Shown: positions 31,385-42,992 of the stretch, piece after piece | Numbering within the stretch: the first letter of the stretch is position 1 | Layout of the letters: each line of letters opens with the position of its first letter | Source: Nitrososphaerales archaeon | GTDB lineage: Archaea; Thermoproteota; Nitrososphaeria; Nitrososphaerales; UBA213 | Direction: 5' to 3' | DNA: 64,000 nucleotides | Assembly: GCA_965197925.1 (NCBI GenBank) | Contig: CBDAOC010000020.1 | Span: forward strand, 1,001,497 to 1,065,496 | The notes under the pieces: generated by a model | What the model saw: only the letters and a program-made list of their open reading frames with translations | What the model was told of the DNA's origin: nothing | The model's database searches: none | Position numbers and translations under genes: made by a program

Positions 31385-32931
31385 ATGAAAAATAATGTTC
31401 TTAAACTTACAACGCTGATTGCGGTAATTGGAAGCTTGATGGTTCCTTTGACAGCTAATGCACCTCCTCTAACTTGCAACGGTTTTACTGCTACCATAAT
31501 AGGGACAGATGGTGATGATATACTACTGGGGACTTTAGGTAATGATGTTATAGTTGCTTTAGGTGGAGATGATGACATCCATTCAAGGGCTGGTGACGAT
31601 GTGGTATGTGCTGGGGCTGGTCATGATGAGATTTTCGCATGGGAAGGTAATGATTTTGTTGATGCTGGCACTGGAAACGATCATATTATCTCCTATTCAG
31701 GCAACGACGTTGCCTATGGGGGCGAGGGATGTGACGAAATAGGAGGAGGTCCAGACGCAGAGAATACGACTCTTGTAGATGACGATATAGTATATGGTTT
31801 CTATCCAGATGATTACACGCCGGATTGGCACAGTTTGGTTCCTACCACGCATCCAGGTTCTCGGTCTCCAGCAAATATGACTGGAGGTGACAAAAATGAT
31901 GAAGTTCATGGCTCAAACTATGGAAATGATCGTGTATTCGGAGACGGGGGCGATGACAGATTATTCGGTCATTGGGGTGATGATAGGGTAGTGGCAGGTC
32001 GTGGAGAGGCGCGGATAGTGATGGTGATAGCTGCCTTGCAGAGGAAGTAATAAACTGTCTAAGTTCAGGAGAGGTGATAATACCCATTGTCACTTCAATT
32101 ACACTGGATCTTCCCTCTGAAGTTAACATCACCGAAACTGTAAAAATCACTGCATCCATATTGGAATTCTCCGGGAACGCAGCTAGAAATGTCACTATAG
32201 ATTTCTATGATTCAACTACATTGATAGGCTCTAACCGCTCTGATACACTTGGCATGACAAGTATTAGTTACACACCCGTAGCAGGTGCACATCCGATCAA
32301 AGCTGAACTTATGGCAAACGAACATTACGAGGCCAGTGAAAGTCCTGTAAGAATCTTGAATGTGATTGACCCTAGCGTTACCGGGACTGAATGTAACGGT
32401 ATAACTTCTACAATTATTGGTAGAGGGAGATGATTTTCTGATTGGAACAGAGGATAATGATGTGATTAATGGACTTAAGGAAACGATATAATCAGAGGTC
32501 TTGATGGTAATGATCGTATCTGCGGTGGTGAAGGCTTGGACCTGCTATTTGGTGGTGCTGGTGACGACGTAATTTTTGGATTTACAGAGGATGATACAAT
32601 ATACTTTGGGCCTGGTGATGATCTAGGATATGGTGGGATAGGTGACGATAGTCTATACGGAGCCTCGGGAAATGAACTATATGGCGGTGCGGGGAATGAC
32701 ACAATCTTCAGTGGTGGTGCCAATGATTTACTGTTTGGTGGTCCGGGCAACGATCTGATGATAGGTGGAGATGGAGGAGATATATTATTCGGTGAGCTTG
32801 GTGACGATGAGTTATTTGGTGAATCTGGCGGAGACTTCCTAAGGGGTGATGATGGAATAGATAGCGTGGATGGTGGAGTAGATTTCGATAATGATACTTG
32901 TTTTGCCGAGATCAAAGTTAACTGTCCATAG
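31385..32931 (+). pseudogene. Secreted RTX-like Ca-binding protein with Ig-like domain, frameshifted into pieces
   Basis: Signal peptide, CNGFTATIIGT repeated as CNGITSTIIG, GGAGND repeats across ORFs 31385, 32074 and 32536. Confidence 0.82.
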
Positions 32932-33226
32932 ACCGTCAATTGGAACGTTACACAATTTATTTTTTTATTTTTTTATTAAACCTACAATTAGACTTGGGTT
33001 TGATGTTTTTTAATCCCTTTCATGGTGTTGGCCGGTCATAGATATTAATTCAATGAAGAAACATTTGAGATATTTTCCTTAAACTGTTTCAATGTTAGTC
33101 TCTGCATGTAAGTAAATTGTAATTAAAAAATAAATAAAAAACATTGTTGGACTGATGAAATTGGAAATGATAATTCCAAAGGTCATCTTCTGGACCTGTT
33201 ACTTATTGTTGTGGTATTAAATAATT

Positions 33227-34310
33227 AAGGCTTGGGCGTAATTTAGTTCGAAACGATAAGATCAGGTTCTAGTTTTTATTGTTGATATGTTTAGCCCAGA
33301 CTCGATACTTCTTCGCATATTATTTTTGATTGGTGTGATTCGGTCAAAACCTAATAGGAAAAGTAGACCATTCTACTATTCTCCTACAGTAATGGTGAGA
33401 CGCTTCATCGTTAGAGTATGGGTAAATACCAAGCAACAATGCTTTGCATGAATATTTTTCGATAGATATGCCATACAACAGGAAGGTAATGAGGGCATGT
33501 GGTTTGGATAGGTTGCCAGACAGAAGAACATTCGACAGAAGGTCAAGGCCGTATCAATTGACATAAGATCAAAGATAGGTGCTATGGGTATGCTCTTCAT
33601 AAAAGATGGGTTGGTAGACCCAGCCATAGTATCCGTTGATAGTTCATTGTTGAAAGCAAAGGGACATGTATGGCACAAATCTAGCATGAAGAAGAATGAA
33701 GTGCCACGCTCGGGTATAGATACAGATGCTCGATGGGGATTCAGCAGAACCAAGGGATGGATATTCGGATACAAACTGCATCTAGCATGTAGCACAGGTT
33801 CGTTGATAGTTCCATTATCAGCTGATTTCACAACAGCTAACATTACTGATAACAAGATGTATGAAAGCATAACATCTTCATTGCCTACAGGAATGGCAAG
33901 GTATGTTGTAGGAGATGAAGGATATGATGATCACAAGTTATGTGATTTCAGCAGGTATAGAGGGCATCCAGTATTCCCATTGGAAAGGTACAAGCATACT
34001 ACAGATAATAGACTGGCATTGCTGCAGTTCTATCAATCGGAATTTGGGCAGCATGTATATTCTCGGAGGAGCATAAGCGTTGAGCCATTGATAGAGCATA
34101 TGAAGGATGTATTTACCATAGATCCATTGCCAGTTAGAGGATTTGATAAAGCTAGGAGCATCGTTCTGATTTCTATATTGCTATACCAGCTGATGGTATA
34201 CTATAACTACTTGACAGGAAGACCATTAAGGGCATTGAAGCACATGTTGGGAAGTTAATCAATCAGATGCATCAAGTTATTTTTGTTATATGGAATAATG
34301 CCCATGCCTC
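33227..34310 (+). mobile_element. IS type A copy 3
   Basis: Both TIRs present; flanks differ (AAATAATT / ACCTAGCT). Confidence 0.93.
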
Positions 34311-34647
34311 ACCTAGCTATCCAATTAAAAAGAGAAATTGGTTTGCAAGAAATATTTCTATTGCTGGAATGTATCATCTTACATCAAACTATGGTGAGTC
34401 TTATGCAAGGCCATTGATTATTATAGCATTAGCATTGCTTGGTTCAACGTTTTTCTTCCTTTCTGTAGGTACTGAGCGGTCAATTGAGGCTACTATTATA
34501 AGAAGTGTCAATTCATTCATTCCGTTTTTTAACTTTCCTGATGATGCTAAGCTAATTGATTATATTCTTGGGATGATATTGTTACCAATTGGCGCAACAT
34601 TGTTCATAGCCATGAGAAGAAAATTAGAACGGAGATTTAGACATTAG
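34311..34647 (+). pseudogene. C-terminal membrane fragment (YGES motif, as in pentapeptide-repeat/ion-channel-like proteins) truncated by IS
   Basis: TSNYGESYARP + 2 TM + RRKLERRFRH; the listed start lies inside the IS end. Confidence 0.55.
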
Positions 34648-34686
34648 TAATAATAATTAGAAAGGATTTATTCAAATTTTCAAGAA

Positions 34687-35060
34687 TCACTTGTCTGAGG
34701 GAATATTAGGTTTCGGTTCGTTGAAATCTAAATCATTTAATCTTCCGTCAATGTACATCATCAACTCTCTTGTCTTTATCTCGATTATGCTAGACCACTG
34801 ATGCTTTTTATTCTTATAGATAATCCTCATTCCAAGAAGTTTTCCAAGTTCGGTTAACAAAAGTTTTACAGCATTTGGTCTTAATCTAATGTTTCCTTCA
34901 TTAGTTTCTGAGAAATCTTTTTTCTTTATCAATCTCCTTAATGCTATTTTGGTTACAGTGATATCAACTAACCATCTGAAGGGTTCCATCAAGTCATAAA
35001 CCAATGATGCCTTATTGTTGTAGTTTTCATATATTCCCTTGATGAGATCGTCAAACTCAT
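34687..35060 (-). pseudogene. cas1: C-terminal third of a Cas1-family protein, casposase-like
   Basis: KASLVYDLMEPFRWLVD Cas1 motif; tail W..II..K..EL..Y..G...LDF.EP.P; N-terminal part missing. Confidence 0.8.
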
Positions 35061-35073
35061 CTTATTCTACGAG

Positions 35074-36573
35074 TCATACTTCCACATAGAGCACAAAAGT
35101 ACCCTTTCCTGAAGCTATGACATGCAATCCTTGATCACCTGTAAGAACTATAGCATTATATTTTTGGGCAATATCTACCAACTGTTCGTCATTGGTTCTT
35201 GACTCATTGACAGATTCTTTCAAATAAGCGAGGCCGATTCTGCCTATTGATGCATCATCAGCAATTCTTTCAAGTTCTGCTTTCCCTCCTTGGTTATCAC
35301 ATTCTTTGGTTACTTCTGGATGCAAGAGGAAAGTAAAATTTTCAAAGAATGCTCCCTTATCAAGATCTTTAGAAATAGTGTCAGACAATATTACATTACT
35401 ATCTGGAAGGAGATGTCCATTGTAGTACAGTAATGTTGTATTTAGATCTCTAATAATCTCATTACAGGATATGCATCTACCTTCCATAAAACCTACAATA
35501 TTAGAAGTAACCCTTGCTGATTTTGCTATATTTCCACATGAAGGACACAATATACTTAATGTGGTTACTGACAGTTTACCTTCACGAAACAAGTTTTGCG
35601 AATCAGATGAAATCAGTTCATTTCTGATAGGTGGATCCTGCTTCTCAATTTTACCAGTATTACCATCTAACTCTCTCACGTTAGCGAAGGATTGTTTTAC
35701 AAACCAAGGCCATGGCTTGCCAGTCTTCTTCCATCTTGTCAACCACTTTATTGTCAAAGGGTCTCCGGCATTGCCGCTACCTACTGGACAATCTTCAAAT
35801 GCAACCCTTCTTCCAATGGCCTGAATAATCTTCTCTCTTTCTCCCTTGGCTATTATGCTAGCGAGCTTTGTTTCCAAATATCTGTCATCTGCTTTGCTTT
35901 GTACGCGGATGGTTGCTCCTCTTTTTTGAAGTGTGTCCAGAAATAACGAAATGTTTCTTCCAACACCATAATCATCTAATACAATGCTACAATTCCCCTC
36001 TGGAACTCTTCTTAGAAGATGTGAAATCATTCTCTGATAAACTAGATCCATGATCTTGTTAATGTTGAACCTATCAGTATGCCTTGGTAGAATCTTTTCT
36101 ATGATGAAAGATAGTCCTTTCAGTTTTAGATGATCTATTTCTAGATATAATTGATCCCAGTATTGTGCTTCTCTTTTTTTCTTGGTGTCTGTCACACTGA
36201 TTAAATTTTCTATTTCCTCTTTTAGGGATGCAGGAAATGCAACGCCAACTAACACGGAGTGCCCAATAAATTCCCCCTTACCCGTTTCATCTAACCCTAT
36301 AAGAAATTCACTTTTTGTTGTTTGAAAACCTGAACCAATTAAATCAGAAATCTTATTCCTTACTGCTAAAACATATTCATCATTAGTAGGATTACTAAAA
36401 AGTGTTCCCGTAGAATACTGGGTAAACACAGCTTTATTGATCCTTATTCTCCAAACTTCTTTTGATGTTTCAGAAATTGACGAATCCTCGATACCACAAT
36501 TTGTTATTAGTAATTTTTTAACTTCTTCTAATTTATTATCAGGAATATTCCATTTTCTTGGTTTTGGCTGCAT
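35074..36573 (-). CDS. RNase HII/HIII-like nuclease fused to Zn ribbon and PIN domain
   Basis: GLDETGKG, VLDD, KADD...ASIIAK; CPSC/CISC; PDSNVI, TKE, NDE, LTGD. Confidence 0.8.
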   Translation of the reverse strand: MQPKPRKWNIPDNKLEEVKKLLITNCGIEDSSISETSKEVWRIRINKAVFTQYSTGTLFSNPTNDEYVLAVRNKISDLIGSGFQTTKSEFLIGLDETGKGEFIGHSVLVGVAFPASLKEEIENLISVTDTKKKREAQYWDQLYLEIDHLKLKGLSFIIEKILPRHTDRFNINKIMDLVYQRMISHLLRRVPEGNCSIVLDDYGVGRNISLFLDTLQKRGATIRVQSKADDRYLETKLASIIAKGEREKIIQAIGRRVAFEDCPVGSGNAGDPLTIKWLTRWKKTGKPWPWFVKQSFANVRELDGNTGKIEKQDPPIRNELISSDSQNLFREGKLSVTTLSILCPSCGNIAKSARVTSNIVGFMEGRCISCNEIIRDLNTTLLYYNGHLLPDSNVILSDTISKDLDKGAFFENFTFLLHPEVTKECDNQGGKAELERIADDASIGRIGLAYLKESVNESRTNDEQLVDIAQKYNAIVLTGDQGLHVIASGKGTFVLYVEV

Positions 36574-36995
36574 GAGAACAATATATTAATTTCATCTTTA
36601 AGTCTTTCAAAGATAACAAATAATGTTCATTTGTTTTCTATACATTTTATGAAAATCCACAATGGTTCTAAATTCTTGATTTTGCAATAGCTTTGTTATG
36701 ATATGCGCTGGGTAACCATGGATTATACATTCATTAGTAATCGAACTCAGGTAAAGATTAGATTGCCAATCAATGGGGAACATCATCCAAGTATTATCTT
36801 CAACCAAAATCAACATTTGATTGATGGTATATGCTACAAAGTTGTTACTGCCAGGAAAGAATGTTCTCAAAACTACCAAATAATCCATTGATCTTAAGTG
36901 GTAAGAATAATGTAATTACCTTTGAAATTAAAACCTGCGTTTTATAACCTAAAATCATTTAAATATTCAGTCAAACATAAGTTGGCAGAATTCAA

Positions 36996-37866
36996 ATGAC
37001 GAATGAGGTCAATGTAAGTAGAATCGAAGAAATTTTAAATGTTAAAGCAGAAGTCTTCTCAGAAGAGGGCGTTGTCAAGGCAAGCTTCCCGCGTACAGAC
37101 GTAAAGGTGACTATTGATAACTGGCCCATGAAACCTTTTATGGGTCTTGCTTCATGGGCTGCCTTTCAGAAAGGTGTGAAAGAAGGTATTGAAGTTATGG
37201 TCATGAGTGACCTAGTGCTCTTTGAAGATAAAGTGAATTCTGTTATGAGTGCAGCTCTGGAAACTTTGCAAGTGACCGCTTTACACAACCATTTCTTCTT
37301 TGACAATCCTAAAGTGTATTTCATGCACATTAGTGGTGAAAGTGAGCTCGATGCTTTTGCTTCAGGTATTAGAAAGGCCCCTGGATACTGTTAATGCAAT
37401 CAGGACAACTAACACCCAGCCACAAACATCATTCAAAGGACAACAGATCCCTATTGATAATGATATTGATGGCACAACTATTGAAACAATCCTCAGTGTT
37501 GGAGGTACGGCTAAAGATGGAATGTTCAAGGTTGTTATTGGACGCAAGACAAGTGCTTCATGTGGTTGTCTGGTGGGCAAAAATATGGGAGTAAATACTT
37601 GGGCCGCTTTTGCAGGTAACAATGACAACGCATTTGTAGATGGTGATTTTGCAGTCTTGGAAGGTGAACTGCAACCAGTACTCAAAGCTCTAAGAGCAGT
37701 TAGTATTAACATAGTTGCGATTCATAATCATATGACTTTTGAGCAGCCACGCATTATCTTTCTACATTACTGGGGCAAGGGCAAAGCAACTGATTTAGCT
37801 AAAGGTTTGAAGAGTGCTTTGGACAAAACTCACGATCCTGATCTATTAACAATGAAGTCTCTATGA
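36996..37866 (+). pseudogene. DUF1259/LppY-LpqO-like tandem-domain protein, frameshift near 37380
   Basis: Two repeats of WAAF...A(L/I)HNH...F(M/L)H. Confidence 0.78.
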
Positions 37867-37978
37867 TCTTAGTAGTTTCCATTGAGCAGTATCCATACTA
37901 CCAGTTACTCACTTGAGAAAAATAACAACTACACATGATAAAGGGTGAGCGGTAAAATTGCGATTCTAATTTTATGAG

Positions 37979-39637
37979 CTATCGGACAAGTGGTGTAACA
38001 GAACCCTTTACACTCATATCGGTATCCATACCAATAACCTCCCAGTCAACAACTGGCTTCGCCGAATCTACTTTGAGTAAGAAGTACTGCTTGTCATCAG
38101 GCTGTAAAGGATGTTTGGAACCTGAAAATGTCACGGTGTTAAGGTCTCCCTCCTTCTCCCATTTATTGAATGCCTTGGCTGCCTTGATTGAATCTCCAAT
38201 AGTCAAGGTAAAAGCATCAATACTTACAGCGCTATCGCCTACATTTGTCAATCTTACGATTATTAGATCTTTGATTTGTTTGGCGTGCACTCTCACTTTT
38301 AATGGATCTGGCACCAATTTATTGGCGAGAATCTCGCTGGCCAAGCTCCGCCCTGCCTCCTGTCCTTCTTGATTGCTGAATTCGAAGTGGATGCCAGCAA
38401 AGATTCTGGCTCGTCCGGCTTCCTGAGCGGCATCGGAGAAGCTCTCAAAGGTTCGCGGACCGGCAATCGCATCATCTGCCTCGAAGGTAAAGCTCATGTC
38501 GTCCCAGCCAAAGAAGCCAGCAAGGATGGTCGAGCCAGCCCCAGCTAAGACGCTCTGTCCGGCGACGTGTTCTGGTGAGCCACCCTTGCTACCATTACGC
38601 GGCTCCCAGTTCGGGTCCTTCTCAGTATCCGGATTACCATCAGTGTCGGCGTTGCGGATAGCCGTCTGCGGCCGCCAGAAGAAGTAGACAAGCTTGTCAT
38701 CTGAATAAACCCTCACCGAATCGGCCATGGCCATGCCCAACAACGCGAAGAGTCGTGCGCTTTCCGACAAGGAGAGGTCCTGTTGGTCCGCAACTAGGAT
38801 GGCGATCTTGATCCACTCGCCTGGTGATCTGGAGCTACCTGAGCCACCCTTCCAGAACCGAAAGATCTCTTCCTTTTCCTGGTCCGGTATTGCTAGGTTA
38901 CCCAGTTCCTTCACTTCGTTGAATGCATTAGTATACTCCTCGCTATCCAATGGCGGTGGACCCGCACTTCGGTAAATGAGTGGGTCAGCTATAGCGAACG
39001 GTCGCATGTTAGCATTATGTGCCGAGGTGAAATCGCTTTGGAATTCACCTGCCTCGGAGCGTGCTGATTCTACCATTTTCGGCGATGTTCCATCGTCGGC
39101 CCGCAGTTCCACGACTTGCTGTCCGACATTTGCGCCCCATGATAGGCCGGCCTCCACATCATCCTTGTCATCATCACCAATGGCATCCAGGTCAGCAGCC
39201 ATCTGCGCGTCGTAGATGTCCTCGCGGTCGGCCTGCTCAGCAGAGAGCACTACGTGAGCAGCGGCTATCGCCGCAGCGCGCCGATCAGCTTCGTTTGGTG
39301 CGTCATCTGGGCTGACGAGGGCAAAGTCAAGTGTGGAGCTGCCATCAGCCCTAGCTATACCGTTGATCGCGTCATACATAGCAATGTTGACCTTGGCATA
39401 AAGACGGGCAGCCGTCGAGGAGCCGAGCTCCTTTTCACGCACGGTGTCCAAGGCTAATTCGTTCCACGTTATGATTACGTTCTCCGGCTGCATCTCGGCG
39501 AATGCTTTTGAATTACTCACAATCTGTTCATAGTCTACCTGCCTTGACAATGATGACAAGCCCAGCGTACCTACGAGGAGAATAGCTGCAATTGAACCAA
39601 CTGCAATTAGCTTCCAGTTATTGTAATTATACATCAT
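37979..39637 (-). CDS. Secreted vanadium-dependent haloperoxidase / PAP2-superfamily protein
   Basis: K-x6-RP (KLVYFFWRP), PEHVAGQS, RIFAGIHF; AMYDAINGI. Confidence 0.82.
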   Translation of the reverse strand: MMYNYNNWKLIAVGSIAAILLVGTLGLSSLSRQVDYEQIVSNSKAFAEMQPENVIITWNELALDTVREKELGSSTAARLYAKVNIAMYDAINGIARADGSSTLDFALVSPDDAPNEADRRAAAIAAAHVVLSAEQADREDIYDAQMAADLDAIGDDDKDDVEAGLSWGANVGQQVVELRADDGTSPKMVESARSEAGEFQSDFTSAHNANMRPFAIADPLIYRSAGPPPLDSEEYTNAFNEVKELGNLAIPDQEKEEIFRFWKGGSGSSRSPGEWIKIAILVADQQDLSLSESARLFALLGMAMADSVRVYSDDKLVYFFWRPQTAIRNADTDGNPDTEKDPNWEPRNGSKGGSPEHVAGQSVLAGAGSTILAGFFGWDDMSFTFEADDAIAGPRTFESFSDAAQEAGRARIFAGIHFEFSNQEGQEAGRSLASEILANKLVPDPLKVRVHAKQIKDLIIVRLTNVGDSAVSIDAFTLTIGDSIKAAKAFNKWEKEGDLNTVTFSGSKHPLQPDDKQYFLLKVDSAKPVVDWEVIGMDTDMSVKGSVTPLVR

Positions 39638-39762
39638 ATCATCTCTTCTGGGATGTTGTACTAAAGGATTTCTAAACTTCCTTATGCATCTTCCACCTGT
39701 TAATCCAAAGTAGATTTTCTTTCCTTACAAATTATAAATAACTGTGGCTTACGTAATTAGTT

Positions 39763-40786
39763 GAGGCTTGGGCGTAATTTAGTTCGAAACGATAAGATCA
39801 GGTTCTAGTTTTTATTGTTGATATGTTTAGCTCAGACTCGATACTCCTTCGTATATTATTTTTGATTGACGTGATTCTAGTCAAAACCTAATAGGAAAAG
39901 AGGTAGACCATTCTACTATTCTCCTACAGTTATGGTAGATGCTTCATCGTTAGAGTATGGGTAAGAATACCAAGCAACAATGCTTTGCATGACCAGACAG
40001 AAGGACGTTTGATAGAAGGTTCAAGGCCATATCAATTGACATAAGATCAAGGATAGATGTTATGGGCGTGCTCTTCATAAAAGATGGGTTGGTAGACCCA
40101 GCCATAGTATCCGTTGACAGTTCATTGTTGAAAGCAAAGGGACATGTATGGCACAAATCAAACATGAAGAAGAATGAAGTGCCACGCTCGGGTATAGATA
40201 CAGATGCTCGATGGGGATTCAGCAGAACCAAGGGATGGGTATTCGGATACAAGATGCATCTAGCATGTAGTACAGGCTCATTAATAATACCATTGTCTGC
40301 CGACCTAACTACAGCAAATATTTCTGATAATAACATGTATGAGAGTATAACAGCATCATTATCAGAAGATGTTAGATACATTGTGGGAGATGAAGGATAT
40401 GATGATCATGAGTTATGTGATTTCAGCAGGTATAGAGGGCATCTACTAGTATTCCCATTGGAAAGGTATAGGCATACTACAGATAATAATAGACTGGCAT
40501 TGCTGCAGTTCTATCAATCGGAATTTGGACAGCATGTATATTTGCAAAGAAGCATAAGCATTGAACCTTTGATAGAGCAGATAAGGACGTATTTGCTATA
40601 GATCCATTACCAGTTAGAGGATTCAATAAGGTAAGGAGTATTGTATTGTTATCTGTATTATTGTATCAGGTAATAGTATTACAATCATCTAGCAGGAAGG
40701 CCATTAAGGGCATTGAAGCACATGCTTGGAAATTAATCAATCAGATACATCAAGTTATTTTTGTTATTGAATTATGGCCATACTTC
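39763..40786 (+). mobile_element. IS type A copy 4, most degraded
   Basis: Internal deletion near 39990, 3' frameshifts, eroded right TIR. Confidence 0.9.
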
Positions 40787-40848
40787 ATTTAATTTAATAT
40801 GTATTACGATCCTTGTGTTTAAACCAAGCCCACACCCAAACCCTGTAT

Positions 40849-40878
40849 GGTGGAGGGGCACACTTTTGCCTCTCCACC
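40849..40878. terminator. GC-rich hairpin downstream of the molybdoenzyme gene
   Basis: GGTGGAGGGGCA / TGCCTCTCCACC, 11/12 match, 6-nt loop. Confidence 0.35.
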
Positions 40879-40902
40879 TTAATGTCTACGTTCTATCTTA
40901 AT

Positions 40903-42570
40903 TCAGCCCTTGCTCCCCCATGTTGGTGCTTCCACCATCACAGCGGCTCTGTGATAGCCTGTGGAGCCGCTTGGAAATGGCTTTCGTAGTTCAGCTGTCT
41001 GGACTTTTCCAGTCTTGTCAGTTGCTCTAACAACAATCTCGTATCTGCCTTCTGCTACCGGATCCCAGTCAATAGCCCAAAGAACCCACGAATTGTTTGA
41101 AAGAGGATCTTTTAATCTGGCTGTTTCCCAACTCCCTCCACCATCCGTGCTAACCTCGACCCCCGATATTCCCCTAGCACCAGCGAAAGCTATACCTGCT
41201 ATTTGCACTTTACCTCCATGAACAACTCTTGAGGATAGTTCACCGAATATGTTTGTGAGCGCTTGTCCAGGAAGAACTATTGTAGAATGAGTCTGATATT
41301 CAGCGTTGTTATCCCAATCTCTTCTTTGCCAGTAGCCTTCATAGACCTTGTCAACCAGCTCTATCTCTGTTATCCATTTTGCATTCATCATTCCGTAGAG
41401 TCCAGGGACAATCGCCCTTAGCGGAAAACCATGACTTGCCGACAGAGTAACACCATTCATTTCATACGCCAATATGGTTCCTTCCAAAATACCTAGTTCA
41501 AGAGGAATTCCTACATCATAACCATCATAACACCTGAAGACAATGTAGATTGCTTCAGATCTAACATCAGCCTTCTCGAGTATGCTTTTCATAGGAACGC
41601 CTTTCCATAGGGCTGTACTGATCAAATCCCCCCCTTTCTTGTTGCTAATGCATTCTAAAGTAGCATATTCTTCTACCGCAGGGATCAACTTCAACTCTTC
41701 ATACGTGAGTTCAAAGGGATTGTTTACCAGCCCATTTACCTTTAGCTTCCAAGTATCCGTATCAACTTTGGGAGTTACGACGCTAATATCTACCTGATAG
41801 AATCGATTATTGGGGGTTACTTCTGCAGCAACAAATGAAGCAAGACTAGGTTCTGCAAATATACCTGCAATATCGGAAGGATATTTTGTGGGCTCTGTAA
41901 CTCCTTGATCTAATGATTTTGTTTGGTTTGTAGTTACATTTGATGGATCTGTAGGTTTAGAGAATAAAGAGTTTAGTCCAAAAAAAATTACCAGTGATGC
42001 AATCGAGCCCGTAACTGCGGTACGAAGGAACCACCTCTTCTTAATGTCAATGCTCCTCTCCTGAGGAGAGCTCTTTTGCTCGATAAGCTCTGGTCTAGCA
42101 ACATATCTTTGGAACATCTCGTATAAAATGAAACCAAAGGCAATGTGAGGTGGAATGAGATACAAAGATATGAGTTGAATTGGTATGGGCTGGGATAGAA
42201 TCTCTGTTACTTCCAAGAGGATTAATGCTAATACGAACAGAATAAAATAAGATAAGAGCACAAGTTGTAAAACATTAAAAAGGTATACCTTTTGAGCTAG
42301 TTTCCTGTACGGTCTATGCAGTAAGACCCCAAGAACGCCGTACAGAAAAAGATTGATAGCAATCGCCCCAGCAAATGCTGAGTATTTAGCTAAAGATCCA
42401 AATGTCTCTACGGCTTGAGACTCAATTGCTCCTGGAGTTAGAGAGAATAGTGTCTGCGCTGCAAGCTCAGGAATGAATAATCCACCAGCGAAGATTCTCA
42501 GAAAAAAAGAGAGTGCAAGAGCTACGCCACCTCCAGCAAGTCCGATAGTAAAACACTTTGTTGTCTCCAT
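40903..42570 (-). CDS. Membrane-anchored sulfite-oxidase-family molybdoenzyme
   Basis: TLECISN Mo-ligand Cys, HGFPLR, GLYGMMNAKW, VEVSTDGG; N-terminal TMs and Tat-like KKRWFL. Confidence 0.9.
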   Translation of the reverse strand: METTKCFTIGLAGGGVALALSFFLRIFAGGLFIPELAAQTLFSLTPGAIESQAVETFGSLAKYSAFAGAIAINLFLYGVLGVLLHRPYRKLAQKVYLFNVLQLVLLSYFILFVLALILLEVTEILSQPIPIQLISLYLIPPHIAFGFILYEMFQRYVARPELIEQKSSPQERSIDIKKRWFLRTAVTGSIASLVIFFGLNSLFSKPTDPSNVTTNQTKSLDQGVTEPTKYPSDIAGIFAEPSLASFVAAEVTPNNRFYQVDISVVTPKVDTDTWKLKVNGLVNNPFELTYEELKLIPAVEEYATLECISNKKGGDLISTALWKGVPMKSILEKADVRSEAIYIVFRCYDGYDVGIPLELGILEGTILAYEMNGVTLSASHGFPLRAIVPGLYGMMNAKWITEIELVDKVYEGYWQRRDWDNNAEYQTHSTIVLPGQALTNIFGELSSRVVHGGKVQIAGIAFAGARGISGVEVSTDGGGSWETARLKDPLSNNSWVLWAIDWDPVAEGRYEIVVRATDKTGKVQTAELRKPFPSGSTGYHRAAVMVEAPTWGSKG

Positions 42571-42874
42571 TATTTTTCCACATCATAACAAGTTCGATCT
42601 AACGGCGTTACCATTTTTCTGATCATTAGATTACATCTTCCATTGAATAGGGTATTGTTACTTTATAAATTGCTTTATCCAAATCCTTCGTATCTAACTC
42701 TCGAATTTTTTTGTTCACGATATGAATAATTTTTTAATAATATTAGCTTGTGCTTGTGTACTTGACAGCTTTTCAGGAACAAGTAAGCTATAAGATCTTA
42801 GTAAGGTCTTAGTACAGTCTAAGAAAAGCAAAGTACACCTTCTTTCATTTCATTTTTGCTGACACATGATGAAA

Positions 42875-42989
42875 GTCTTATTCCAGCAAGAACAAGGATT
42901 ACTATGTAGCTGCTTCCGCCTCCGAAACCCACGCTAGAGTAAACGAAGCTTATCCCAAAGAATGGGGATATGTACAAATATGATTTCAC
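42875..42989 (-). pseudogene. N-terminal stub of a TauE/SafE-type permease
   Basis: Manual translation FFGISFVYSSVGFGGGSSYIVILVLAGI starting 3 bp after the moaCB stop. Confidence 0.6.
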
Positions 42990-42992
42990 TAA

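Noticed and set aside
34687..35060. Functional CRISPR-Cas adaptation module
   Set aside because: Cas1 is only a fragment, and there is no cas2 or array in the window
36607..36888. ORF upstream of the RNase H-PIN gene as a partner or antitoxin
   Set aside because: Position is suggestive, but there is no recognisable motif and it may be a fragment, so I could not support a call
42780..42975. Moco riboswitch upstream of the molybdoenzyme
   Set aside because: The GC-rich stretch is explained by the TauE coding stub, and I could not build the riboswitch fold
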